A DNA stretch of 64,000 nt from Bispira polyomma (lineage: Eukaryota): NCBI GenBank assembly GCA_965649765.1, contig OZ287759.1, positions 35,588,001 through 35,652,000 of the forward strand. The letters run 5' to 3'. A program made the translations under genes and the position numbers. The notes beneath the pieces were generated by a model. The model was given only the letters and a program-made list of their open reading frames with translations, was not told the DNA's origin and ran no database searches. How positions within the stretch are numbered: position 1 is the stretch's first letter; each line of letters begins with the position of its first letter. Shown in pieces: positions 38,501 to 51,210 of the stretch.

Positions 38501-41500
38501 CAATTATAAGCCATATAATTGTGGCATTTTGAAGACCTTTAATCTGTACACTTTTGTTACATCACAAAGTGCTGTTCAATATTGTATTATTTTTTTTTCC
38601 ACCCAGATGCTCGTCAATATTGTACACTTTTTCAGCCAAGTACTGTTCAATACTGTACTCTTTTTCAGCCAGGTATTGTTCAATATTGTGCCAGTGATTG
38701 CTGACATCATCATAGCCATAGTCTTCTTTGTGACAGTCTTCAATATCTGGATAGGACTCATTGTCTTTAGTACCATGACAGGCTATTTACGTAAGTAATT
38801 CATGCATGCTTATCATCATTTATTATTCATGTCATCCCTCAACAATCTCCCCAGAGGAAATCGTCTCTCCACCTCTGACCTTCAACCCCAGAATACCTGG
38901 ATCAAAATCATTTAATGCTACAGCACTGCTGGGGTCTCATTGTTTACATAGGGATACCCATCTGGCATCCCCTCCCTGTAGCCATAGTAACGATATAGTA
39001 AGGTTGGCACTTGACTTGTTTAAGGCTAGTCTGAGTACCATATCATTAGCAATCAAGATAGCAGTGATTGAGAAAGCATGGCAAATTTTAGAAATGTGGC
39101 TACTAAATGAATGATCAGAATCATAGTAGACACCTAGGTTTCTTACTTTATCAGCAGGTACAACATCAGTGCCAAGAATCGATTGTTACGAACTAGGCGT
39201 TGTTTTAGATAAGGGTCATTAGATAGTTTATCAATCCTGTGATACAACTTAAATACAGTATCAATATTATTGTTGCTTACCATTGTTTGTAGTTGTGACC
39301 ATCATTGGCAGTGAATTAAGGACCAAGTACAGGAGACTTATGAACGACACAGACAACCAGAGAAATGCTGCCTCTGTGGACTCCATCCTCAACTTTGAGA
39401 CTGTGAGTGACATTTAGACATAGTAAAATTAGTCCATGAATATATGAGGACACGAATTCAGACCTGGGGTTTTTAACCACCATTAATCAGACCATCTGAT
39501 ATGACCTAAGGTGTTTAAAGCTATATAAAGACAAAAGTAACTAAATAATTAAAACAGAGATTCTGAGTTTTGCATTTAAATTTTGCCTGAGGTTTTATAT
39601 CGCTTTCAACAGCTAACAAAATCATCAAGTGCTTCTGACCATTAGACCATACAGTGACTCTGAGAGTGCATACTTGAAGTCCATACTATATTTTGCCAAT
39701 AATGGGGATGCTTCCTTGAAGGTTATAGTGCTATAAGACAAATATATTTACTCAAACTTGAAACAAAAACAATAATCAAAAGTTAGCAGAAGCAGCTGTT
39801 TGATTAGAATAAGGTAACTGGTATGAAACTTGGTCAACTGGCAATTCTGTTTAATCCACTCTTATTTTACTGAGCCATTCGGAGGATATGAATGTTTGAT
39901 TTTGTGAATTACAGGTGAAGTACTACTCCGCTGAAGATTGGGAGGTGAAAAGATATGAAGAGAATGTGGACAAATACATTGTATGTAACATCTACAGTTT
40001 ACCAACTCTATAATGTTTATAATAATTGTATTCCTATTTTATTAGTACTAAATGAGCTATGATTGTTTTTTGTTTGATTTGCAAAATATATTTCAACAAT
40101 GTCCACAGTTTCTGAAAATGCAATATTCTTGCAGTGACAATAACCAATTGGGAATGCGCCTTTCCTACTTAATCTTGATAAACTGTCTGTTGTACTCTCT
40201 GCTTAGACTTGATTGTGTCACATATCTTGTTTCTACACAATAGGATGCAGAATGGACGGTCAATGCTACTGCCAACTTACTGAATGCTCTACAGAAGACT
40301 ATGATGATGCTGGGACTATTAGGAGGGTCAATGCTTTGTGCTTGGTAAGCTGGGTCTCAAACATTGTTTTATTAGATTAGCTATAGTTTGAGTTTAACAT
40401 CACTTTTTCAGGTGGAAAAGAAACCAGAATCGAGTTGTCGATCAAGGTTCTATCATGGTCAATGTTCTATCATGGTCATTATCACACCATTGCCTACTGA
40501 AGATAGACAAGCACAGTATGCTGTATTTGTTCACACTGATGACCTGATCAGAGTGAGTTGTGAGGTTGTACCAAAAGATGGTGTTATTTTCTTAATGTCC
40601 ACATGCCATTCTATATATGTAAATAAATTCGCATGCATGAAAATACATTTTCTACAGTGAAACCAGTCAAGTCTCTGAAGAACTATAATGTACTCATATA
40701 TATGACACCTCCTACAGGTACACCTATTCAGGGACCCTGACTGTGGGGGACTATGTGCTATTTGCTACTTATGTTGAACAGCTCTATGGTCCTTTGAACA
40801 TGTTTGGAGCATATTACAGGTGCAGTGCTATTTTTGGAACTAAAATATGTATTTTACTAAATTAATTTACTAAGTTCTCTGGTTATGTTTATCTCACAGA
40901 TTCCACCTTATTTTAATAATTACTTAAATATTCACATATCGATCTATTTTTGATAGTGATGGATATATTATTGTGGAAAATAATATGCAAAAGCATTTTC
41001 TGTTAATATTTAGCCTGTTAAGTTGTAGATATATCTACCCTGTTTTAGGGTATATTGATATTGATTTAACTGTGTATTAAACTAAATTAACTCCAAACAC
41101 CAAACATTTTAAATGTTGCTCTTTGAGCTCAAGGATACAAACATAAATTAACAATACTTTACATACCAAAGGGGCAGAATCTTTGGTATTTAGCCTGACT
41201 TACAGTATTTTTGAAGATATTGAGTATAATTACATTGATGACATGATTAGAATAATATGTGCTATTGTACCAAAATATATCTCTTTGTACATATCCATGT
41301 CTAGGGTGCTACAGCAGGCTTTTGTAGACATGGAGCACATGTTTGAGATGATAGAAGAGGAGCCAGATGTTCAGGACACACCTGAAGCCAGGCAGTTGTG
41401 TGTGGACAAAGGAGAGATCACCTTTGACAATGTGGGCTTTGAGTACATAGCTGGGTATGGTTTATACAGTAAAACCTCTATTGTCCAAACTTTTGTTTAT

Positions 41501-44500
41501 CCTGTAGAACCTCTATAATCCAAACTTCTGCTATCTCCTTCTCTTAGTGCACATTACTAGATATGATTTATAAGGCCAAAATTGCATTTTTTAAACTTTT
41601 GTTATCCCAATACTCTTGCAAATTTTAATTTTTCTATTGTTTTATACTAAAAACCCTCTCATATTGCTAAGATCACATGAAATACCTTCTGGTTTTAGGA
41701 AAAAGCTTAAAACCTATCTCGTTAAAATCGTATACCCCTTAGTATGGGCTATCTTTTTTGGACTTCTCTATTGGTTAACTGATTCTGCTTTAGAAGATGC
41801 CTTGCATAAATAAGGCTCATTAATAATCCAAAATACGGAACAAAATGATTGTACTAAAAACATGTCTTCCCACTGTATTTCCTTTAAAAGTTGATAAGTA
41901 ACACTGTTATTATTGAATAGTAAACACTCTTTTCTCTTACCTGTTTCAGAAAACCCATCATCCAAGGGATTAGTTTCACAGTGCCCCCAGGTAAAACCTA
42001 TGCCTTAGTGGGCCATTCTGGTGGAGGTAAGAGCACCATCATCAGGCTACTGTTCAGATTTTATGACATCACCTCGGGAACAATTAAACTGGATGGAGAA
42101 GATATATCTAAGGTACAGAGTATATTCTCTTATTTTCATTGTATAATATGCATAAATGTTTCCCTATCAGCATAGGGAACATAAATGTTTCCCTATCAGC
42201 ATTAGTGATACTAACTGGTACTAACTTATATATAATATAATATTTGTTATTTTTCACTTCTTAGTTACTATGTGTTATACTTTTAGTATATTGTGTTTGG
42301 GTAAATATCCAATCACTAAAGATATAACTATAATATGGTTGATATTTATAAACATTGTACACACATGCATATATTCGTCTTATGAAATAAATTTTGTGAA
42401 TTTTTGTAAAAATATATTGAAAAGTTTGTTGCTTTTCAAATAATATAGCAAAGTTTGCTACTTTACAGCTCTTATATTTTATGTATTATACTTCTTGTAT
42501 ATTGTGTGTTTAGGTAAAGATTAAATCACTGAGGCAACATATTGGAGTCGTCCCTCAGGATACAGTACTGTTTAATCAAGATATCAGGTATGAATCTATG
42601 TCATTAATTTGCATTACGTGTATATGTTGAATTTACAATTGAAATGGTATTAGTTAATTGAATACAGTAATCAACATGTCAAATAAACTGACAGTAATAC
42701 AAAACCCGGATTTATTTTTGTGAATAATAGTCCTACTCTATCAGAAGCAAAATACTAAGAGGATAACTTTGATAACAAATACACTCATCCACACTTGTCC
42801 ATGGTCTGAATTACATTGCTGAGTCTCACTAAGTATTGATATGCAGAAGAGTAGTAAATAAGTAGCAATTTTCAAATACCATCAGGGCCTGCGGTGACCT
42901 TGTAGTTAGACGTGTCTACTACATAATCACTGGTCTCTTACCAATGTATGTTCAAATCGTGTTTGTTCCTTCATGTGGGGATGTTATTCAAGTACTTGCC
43001 ATATGGTGATTGGTTAAAGTGCTTCAGCATTTGAATTTGAATTGGAATATTTAACATCCACTCTAGTACCTGTTCAGGTTATATTGGGACGAGTAGTTGG
43101 AAATGCTGGAGGAAACACTGCATACAGTTGATCAAGGTTCTGCACTGAAACCAGCGGCCCACATTAAGGAACTACCACCTTTCCCACATAGGCATCGACA
43201 GGATTCAAACTCACGCTGCCCAGAGGTGACAGACCAGTGATTGTGAAGCGCAATGCTTGCTAACCACTAGGCCACCGGGGCCCCCAAAGTGCTTCAGCAA
43301 TGGTATCTTGCATGATATATGCTGTTGGAAGCGATGTAAAACCCAACTGGTTCAAATTCAAATTCACAACATTATGTTATTGATATGCAAATACAAAATG
43401 GCCGCGCCCTACCCATTGAATTCTAGAATCATTCCTTGTTTTTCTTTTTTCAGATACAACATCAGGTATGGCAGAATAACAGCCAGTGACAAGGAGGTGG
43501 AAGAGGCAGCACAAGCAGCTGACATACATGAGAAGATACTGAGTCTGCATGACGGTGAGACTTTTTTACCATGCTTAATTGGTGGTCCATTTGCTTTTAT
43601 GATGGTTAAACTCCTTCCCCGTGATATTTTTGTTTGTATTAATGTATTGATACATACAGACAAGACAAGAAACTTACTCTACACGATGGTGAGACTCCTT
43701 TTCTCATGCTTTATTGGTGGTCTATTTGCTTTATTGTACTAATACAGATGTGGATTGACAAACGTATATTATCCTTATAATTATTATTGAAACATTTTTT
43801 TTTCCAAAAGGAATAGTCCCTTTTAAACATATGGCCTGAGTTGTCATCGGTAGGCAATGGCGTGTTAAACATCTTGCCGAAGGATGTTTTCTAAACAATG
43901 ATCCTAGTGAGTCAAACCAGACCAACTTCTACAACCAGGAGTCGAACTGGGAACCTTCAGAATCTAACTTTAGTTTAACTAAAATATGCAATGTCCAGTT
44001 TAAAAAGGAATCTCTTCTTATTTATCCACTCTGGTTAGACAGCTTCAAATGATGATATACCACGATAGTTGAGACAAGATCAGAGCAGTTTTCGTAGTAT
44101 ATTATTCTAGAGTGGTCTTTCTGGCCTGGCGTTTAGAGTGTCCGACTTTGGATCTTAGTGATCTCAATCCTCGCTAGTATGCTTCTTCAGGGAGCTTAGA
44201 CTAAACAATTGGTTGACAAGTGGAAGAACCCAGGCTAGGGTAATAATGTCAAAGCGCATAAAATAAAAGTGTACTATATCAAATGAATAAATAATATTAT
44301 TATTATATTATTCATGATATTTGTCATTGATCAAAGATCAAAAAGAAATAGTTCTCATGATCATGAATGTGTGCACAATGCCTTAAAATATTTTAGGTTA
44401 CGACAGTCGTGTTGGAGAAAGAGGTCTGAAGCTGAGTGGTGGTGAGAAGCAAAGAATTGCTATTGCCAGGACCATACTGAAGTCACCAGAGATAGTCCTC

Positions 44501-46411
44501 TTAGATGAGGTAGGTATCATGATTTCATATGTCTAGTTGCACTTTTTATATAAACAGGTAGAAAAAAGGCTGTGAGTTGTTTTCTTTTTGTTTTACTTTC
44601 AAAATGTCAACGCATAACATTATCATATCGGCTTTGTTTTGCTGGCACAACAATGCCACGCATATGCCTCTCCTTGGAAGCCTGGTAAAATATAAATAAA
44701 TTCCAATATATACTTTATACCCAGTAAGAATATAAACACTTTTTTTCATTTTAAAGAATACAATGAATAACACTAATCCCCTCATGTGTTATAAATTGTG
44801 TGAATGTTAAATAAAATATAGGTTACTCTTAAGCACAACAATATAGCCAAACTATACTTTTCTATCCAAGGCCACTTCTGCCCTGGACACAAGGACAGAG
44901 AGGAATATCCAGAGAAGTCTGAGACAGATGTGTGAGAACAAGACCACACTGATAGTAGCTCACAGACTCTCCACTGTCACACATGCTGATAAGATACTGG
45001 TCATAGAAGATGGCAGGATTGTAGAGGAAGGACAGTAGGTGTTACACGAATATTAGGGAGTTTTTTGTTTTCATTTTGATAAGTGCTCCGCCATCTTTGA
45101 AAAGGGTGCCGCTATCTCAGAAATAATATGTAAGGCCTTCATGGCGTGGTGGGAAGCAATTGACCTGTCCCAACTGAAAGGTGACAAATTTGCCTGAGTA
45201 TATAGTTGCCATATCAACGTTAATGTATTTCACACTAGGCACCTGTGTCTTTTGTAAAAGGCAACTCTAGATATGTTACATTATTTCATAGTAGTTGAGC
45301 TGTTAAGCTTATTATGTGTTTTGAAAGATGTATTAACCTCGGGTATTTTTTACAGATTACTTCTTTATGTTGATCTATTTGTTAGTTTGTTATATATATA
45401 TACTTATGATTTTGTCACTATGATTTTCCTTGTTACTTCATGTATTTTCTTTCTTATATTTTCTTTAGTCACCATGATCTTATCCAAATCCCTGATGGAC
45501 ACTATGCAGAGATGTGGCAGGAACAGCTACAAAGTGGTGAGATTGAAGAGGAGGACCTTGAAGCTGTTCCACCAGCATTTAGCTTGGATACTGACTCTTT
45601 GGTGGAGAACACTGACATGCTACACTACAGACCATTGGGGAGCAGACGAGACACTACTACAGAAACTAGAAATACTGGTAATAATAATGACATGGATACT
45701 CCACAAACTTATAGTGTTCAAATACTGCCTACTGAAGCAGTGGATCATGCTGGATACCCACATGATCCAGAAGAAGAGGAAATGCTGCAAGAGTTGAAGG
45801 ACAGTGTTGACATGTCAGATGACGATGATGAAGACGAAATAGACATACTCGTTCAATCAGAAACTGGCGGTGCAGGGACACATGCCTTCAATGTTGCCAG
45901 TGAGAATGCTAGGTTGATAGCATCTTGTCGGGACTATAAGCCTCCTGCCAAAGGGCCACCACTTTACCACAGAATGGTATCTAACCCTGACTCCTCCTCC
46001 ATACCAGCATCCAGGTCATTCACAAAAAGTCACAACATTGCCTCGCCACTGTTCATACGCCAACGATCACACACTCAAGGCTCTCAGAACAGCAGGAGAC
46101 ACCTGTTCAACAGGCAGGCATCCTGTCCGAGTCATAAGTGTCGGAAGAAGGATATCAATGAGAGGATGAGTATCAAGGAGAAAGAGCGCCAGATAGAGCG
46201 CGAGCGGGCCAGCGCAATCCTGACTGAAAGCCAGATGAACCTGATGCCAGAGGATTGTGCCTCTGTTGACATAGTGCCCCCGGATCACCAGGATGAACAC
46301 GATCCACTGCTGGCTAGTTTTACAAGTAGAGACTTTCAAGATAGAAACAAGAATGAGGATGCTATGTTAATTGCAGACAAGCAAAGACACCATACTGCAG
46401 ATCTAGTGTAA
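32563..46411 (+). CDS. ABCB6: ABCB6/HMT-1-like ABC half-transporter, paralog A (~981 aa, 17 coding exons)
   Basis: GT-AG, phase-consistent exons: 32563-32604 ([14 protein letters not shown], least certain), 33854-34118, 36606-36842, 37586-37688, 38301-38390, 38669-38790, 39293-39402, 39915-39980, 40244-40344, 40718-40819, 41305-41454, 41950-42112, 42514-42587, 43454-43554, 44397-44509, 44871-45034, 45469-46411; total 2946 nt. Motifs: [30 protein letters not shown], Walker [11 protein letters not shown]-loop VPQD, signature LSGGEKQR, Walker B VLLDEATSALD, H-loop AHRLST. Colinear with the human ABCB6 core as recalled. Confidence 0.92.
36085..36310. repeat. C/A-rich low-complexity tract in an intron
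   Basis: Alternating A and C runs (AAAACAATCCCCC-like). Confidence 0.7.
38850..39180 (-). mobile_element. L2/CR1 LINE fragment in an ABCB6-A intron
   Basis: Reverse strand encodes [21 protein letters not shown], homologous to DKVRNLGMLFDS in ORF 49195-49920. Confidence 0.7.
43030..43285 (-). mobile_element. tRNA-derived SINE, young family A (copy 4), nested in an older + strand SINE (~42884-43365)
   Basis: Target-site duplication AAAGTGCTTCAGCA at 43016-43029 and 43286-43299. Confidence 0.9.
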
Positions 46412-47509
46412 CACCCCCCTTACTGCATATATCAACTCTGATCACAAACTTTTTGTCTCCTATTGGATTATGCTTTTTGCATATTGACAGGGATGTATGC
46501 CACACAGGATGATGCCTGATCCATCGATTGTCGCACTTTAGAAGTGTAAACATTAACATAACATAAAGTGTGATACTGTTTAAACTATAGTGATATTTTG
46601 TGTTGTTACAGTAAGACATTTTTGTTCATCGAATACACAGGATTTCAAGCAGCAGGGGGTGATTCTACATAATTATTGCAACGTTGAAAGTGTGAAATAT
46701 AGAGTTTTATAATTATTTAATGAACATTGCACAACATATTAATGTATGCTCTTTTTTCCCAAAAGTAATTAACAATTATTGCAAATATTATTCAAGTTTG
46801 AATTACTTTGTACATTTTATTATTTTATGCGTTTGATAGCCATTGCGGCTTAACTTTTTCAAAGTCACTGTCTGTAACAAGATGACGTTACGAGAAGATG
46901 GTATATTCCATAGCAACCAAAAACTGTGTTCATGCTTTTCAAATGGAGTATTATTGCTCATACATTTAACGTGTGTATTAAAAAGCATGTATTAAACTAT
47001 AAACTCATCCATATGACAAATGCTTGTTGCTACAGTTAATCAACACAGGAAGTTTAGCATCGAATATGGTTCAAAGGAGGGTGCTGATATAACAGAATTA
47101 GAATATTGTATTAGACCCTAATAATAAAGAGTGACTTTAGCAAGCATCTTAGTAACTCTGATAATCTATTGACATTTTTTAAATCATATTTTTCTTCTTT
47201 TTTTTTTAGCTTCACTGTATGAATTAAGTAAGGATTTAGTTTATTAGTAAAAATATTTACATCAGTTGCTGTTGCATTAAAAATTACATTCACGTAAATT
47301 GTTATTCAAATACTGCTTCCTAGTATATCATTAAATTATCAGTTGTGTACATTATTTTGCCAAGATTAACTATTCAAGTCAAACACACACAATGTATATA
47401 CCAGGTAATATATTTATTAAACAAAAGGGTGATATTTCAATAAATATCACCCTTTATGTTCCTTTATGTGTTTTTGGTGTATATTATTGTGGTGTAGGAG
47501 GGGAGTGGG

Positions 47510-47750
47510 GGGGGTGGCTTGGTGATGTAGTGGTTAAGGCACTCGCCTCCCACCTCTGAGGTAGTGGGTTTAAATCTTGGCAGCATATTTCTGTGGAAAA
47601 GTTGGGAATTACTTGCCGATGTCTGGTGGTTTACAATGCAGATTCTTGACCAACTAGTATGCACTAGCATTCTCCCACCAGTAAAAGCTACTTGTCGTGA
47701 TATGACCTGTACAATGTTTTAAAGCCATGTATAACCCTGATCAATCAACA
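47510..47750 (+). mobile_element. tRNA-derived Meta-like SINE (related copy near 59355-59595)
   Basis: GTAGTGGTTAAGGCACTCGCCTCCCAC head, TCTTGACCAACT core, GATATGACCT, (ATCA)n tail. Confidence 0.65.
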
Positions 47751-48780
47751 GATCAATCGATATTGCAGTGTGTGATGTTTACAAGAGGACATTTATCATT
47801 TTATTTTTTGTGTGTATCTGTGGTGTGTAACTTTCATGAGTGCGGTTATCATTTTTGATCTATCTGCATGTTGTTATTTTGCACTGTGTCCTGGTTGTTA
47901 TCAATTGTGCTATTCTTTGCTTTAAAATTCACTCACGGTGACCACCAAATGCTCTTGTCAGTTGCCACCAGAACTACTGCAATTCTGTTCTGTTTGGTGT
48001 GGATAAGTGCCAAAATAAGAAAAGTTATAGTCCATTCAGAACCATCTGTGATTGATAATTTTAATTATTGACATCAAAACTAAACTTAACAAATCTACAC
48101 TGGCTCTCCAATCTCCATTTAGTATAGAAGTCTCTTCAAAACCCATGTCACTGTTATTGAAGAACGCCACCAGACCTTCCTAACTAGTTTATCTTTTGTT
48201 ATTTAGCAACCTTAATATAAAGATAATATGCTCTCTGTTTCCTCTGCCAGATCCAACAGATGGGCTGGATCTAGGGCTTTCTCAGTGGTTGGCCCCCCAT
48301 ATTATGGAATAGTCACCTAGTTTTGGTGATATCACAGGAAAGTCTAAGACTATGTACACATGGAAGCGATCTCCGATTTTAGATGTCAGATTTGCAAACT
48401 GAGATTTCTCGTCTCCCCCTCTTTTCTCAACACACAAACACACACACCTCCTCTTGTATAAAAGTTATGGGGTTATCTGCGATTTTACATCCTCCTCCCA
48501 AATTTTTGGTCCAGGTCCTGAAGCCGCTAATCGTGCGTCGCAATTCGCAGTTTTATACATGTGAACAAATAAAGAACACATATTTGAAAAAAAAATTACA
48601 GTCACAAATCATATGTCCGACATCGGAAGCCGCATACATGTGTATATACACTTAATCGTAACTACATCTTCCTTATGATTTGGCTTTTCTAACTATCTGT
48701 TTGTTATTGTTGATTTTGATCAATAACATGCGTTAAAAGCCAATGATACCACAGAATATTTACCTATATGTTTTACTGTT

Positions 48781-50382
48781 AGCCTCTGCTTCCTTTCAGC
48801 ATGTTTTTATCGGCCGGTTTTTTCTTCATTACACAATACTACCAATTAAGTGTTTCCTTTCAGCATATCTGCATCAGATCAGATCAGACGTCGCCCGACG
48901 TTGGTTTGGCCAACAGATTTTATTTGTCAGGGTGGGAAAAAATCGAGAGGACTGTCAGATTTAACAACAAAACGAATACAAATCCCCTGTCATAGGTATA
49001 GCTTTCATCCAATTTGTACTCGTCGGATGGCATGAAAAAGCTTATTTTATTGTGATGACTGTGCTTTTCCCCCCACCAAAATCAGTTAAGGAACTGCTCA
49101 GATATTTAAGTTTATAGATGGGTAAACCATTTAACTTCCTCTTCTACTGGCAACAAATAAACTCAAGCTGAACCCTGATAAGACCGAGTTTATTTTGTTT
49201 GCCTCCAAGTTGCAACAGGAAAAACTGTCCAGCTGTTTCCCAGTTGATATTCTTGGCAGCAGGCTTTTCCCAGCTGACAAAGTACGCAACCTGGGCATGT
49301 TGTTTGACTCTGAATTCTCCTTCTTCAACCATGTTGCATCCGTGTGTAGATCATGTTTTGTTGGCCTCCGTGATTTCAGGCGAATTAGGCGTTATCTAAC
49401 CAAATCCACTGCAATCACTGTTGCCAACACCTTGGTCAGCAGCAGGCTTGATTACTGCAACTCTCTGTTCCGTTCCCTATCTTGTAGTGACCTCAAACGT
49501 CTTCAGAACGTTCAACACTCATTGGCTCGCATCGTGGCCAAAACTTCTAAATTTTTGCACATTACTCCTGTACTTAAGTCACTCTACTGGCTCCCAATAA
49601 AATATTGTGTTGCTTTCAAAATTGCAACAATTATATACAAATTTCTAAATTCTGGATCACCCACCTATTTCAGCCCCCATCTATCCAAATATACATGCTC
49701 AGTCAGGACTAGGCGCAGTTACCCTGATGAGTTATATCTTAACATTCCCACTTTCGACTCTCGCATCCACAAATCCAAAGTACATTTCAATCATTGCCTT
49801 GCTCATGATGGCCCCTTCATATGGAACAGCCTGCCTGATCATGTTCACTTGGCTCAAACATTCTCCTCTTTTAGGAGTAAACTGAAGGCCTACCTTTTCG
49901 AACAGGCCTTTCCACCTTAGCCATCGCAACCATCCCGGTAGTCTCTCTGGTTATGACCACCATCCGTCCCCCATTTCTGATTTTTTTTTTTGATTAATGC
50001 TTAGGTTAGTTTCGCCTTAGCATTTGTTGTACAAAGATTAAGTGCTATAAAAGTACGATTAGATTAGATTAGATTACTGTGAATGGCACGTCGCAGCAAT
50101 GGCATAATGACGTCGGTTTTGCAGCTACGTCACATAAGGAAGTAAAAATGGGTACCCTTATTTAATTGTAAATATCTCAGCTGTTACTGAACGGTTTTGG
50201 ATGCAATAAAAATCACAGTAATCACAATCAAATGGGCTTTCTCATGCCTTTTTCTAAGTCAACATGTGACGAATTTTGAGTGCATATCGGATGAAAGAAA
50301 GCACAACGTCGGCTGACATCGTATCGGATCGGAGACCTTCAAATCGGCAGACGTCGGAATGTGCTGAAAGCAAGCGTAGGCT
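48781..50382. mobile_element. foldback MITE (possibly PIF/Harbinger-type) interrupted by an L2 LINE
   Basis: Terminal inverted repeats AGCCTCTGCTTCCTTTCAGCA and TGCTGAAAGCAAGCGTAGGCT. Inner arms also inverted: GGCATGAAAAAGC..ATTGTGATGACTGTG and CACAGTAATCACAAT..GCTTTCTCATGCC. Confidence 0.65.
49150..50075 (+). mobile_element. 5'-truncated L2/CR1-clade LINE (ORF2 C-terminal part, 3' UTR, (GATTA)n tail)
   Basis: NKLKLNPDKTE...VRNLG..FDS...SRLDYCNSL...HITPVLKSLYWLPI...IWNSLP...FRSKLKAYLF*; ends GATTAGATTAGATTAGATTA. Confidence 0.92.
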
Positions 50383-50921
50383 TAGAGTGTGACTACCATA
50401 TGTTGTTCTTATTATTATCCACGCCAATTACAAATAATAAGAACTTATTTTGAGTTGGTTGATTGTGATATGTACACCATACAAAAGAGTTTAGCGCTGG
50501 TATCAGCTAATGCTGACAAGGCAGTAAGCATGTGTAACATGTGGGTAAATGTCTTTTAGCACTGATCACATATACACACTAGCATGTCACTGAAACCCCA
50601 GGATACCTTTGCTGCAACAGACATATAATTCTGAGGTGAACAGTGGTTTTATGTAACAGTCAATTTCTACATTTTATTCAATAATTACTCATTGTTGAAT
50701 TTTTCCCATGGTCTTGTATTTGACCATAGGGGAAGTTTTTTTTTTAAGTTCAAGCCTCTTTCAGTCAAACTGGTATTTCAATATAGTGGTTAACAGCGCT
50801 AGTGGAGTTCAAATAAGTGAGCTTTTTTCTACATAAACACATATACAGCTACTGGATCATCTATACATATATATTATGTCATTTACAATTTGTAAGCTTA
50901 TACGACAATAGTTTCGGATGT

Positions 50922-51210
50922 TAACCTGGATTTCCTTTTAACATGTTTTTCTCGGCCGACATTGGTCGATTTTATCGATCACTACTAATAATATAACTAA
51001 GTGCTTCCTTTCATCATTTTGGCCGATTTATTAACATCCGAGCCGACATCAGCCGATGTACTATGTAAAACGGTGTGAAAATTTTTCTTAATTTTTGTTT
51101 AAAAATCGGACAGACCTCCCGATTTGCTGACGTCTGATCTGATCTGCAGTAAATATGTTGAAAGAAAGCAGTTCGGCAGAACAAAAACATGTTGAAAGGA
51201 ACTCCAGGCT
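50922..51210. mobile_element. MITE, same family as 48781-50382
   Basis: Inverted ends AACCTGGATTTCCTTTTAACATGTTTTT and AAAAACATGTTGAAAGGAACTCCAGGCT; TTA/TAA at the ends. Confidence 0.7.

Noticed and set aside
45273-45797. 174-aa ORF, and the antisense ORF 46067-46339
   Set aside because: Shadow frames of the ABCB6-A intron and last exon.
32563-46411. Assignment as ABCB7/Atm1
   Set aside because: Motifs such as STW..L..YVWP.G...LQ, RWH..RKTGEV and VGDYVLF.TY..QLY.PLN fit ABCB6/HMT-1 better, and the N-terminus does not look like a mitochondrial presequence.
46412-47800. Iron-responsive element (CAGUGN stem-loop) in the 3' UTR, and metal-response elements (TGCRCNC) near the promoter
   Set aside because: My partial manual scan found no well-formed IRE, and the TGCRCNC hits are scattered rather than clustered at the promoters; a dedicated search would be needed.
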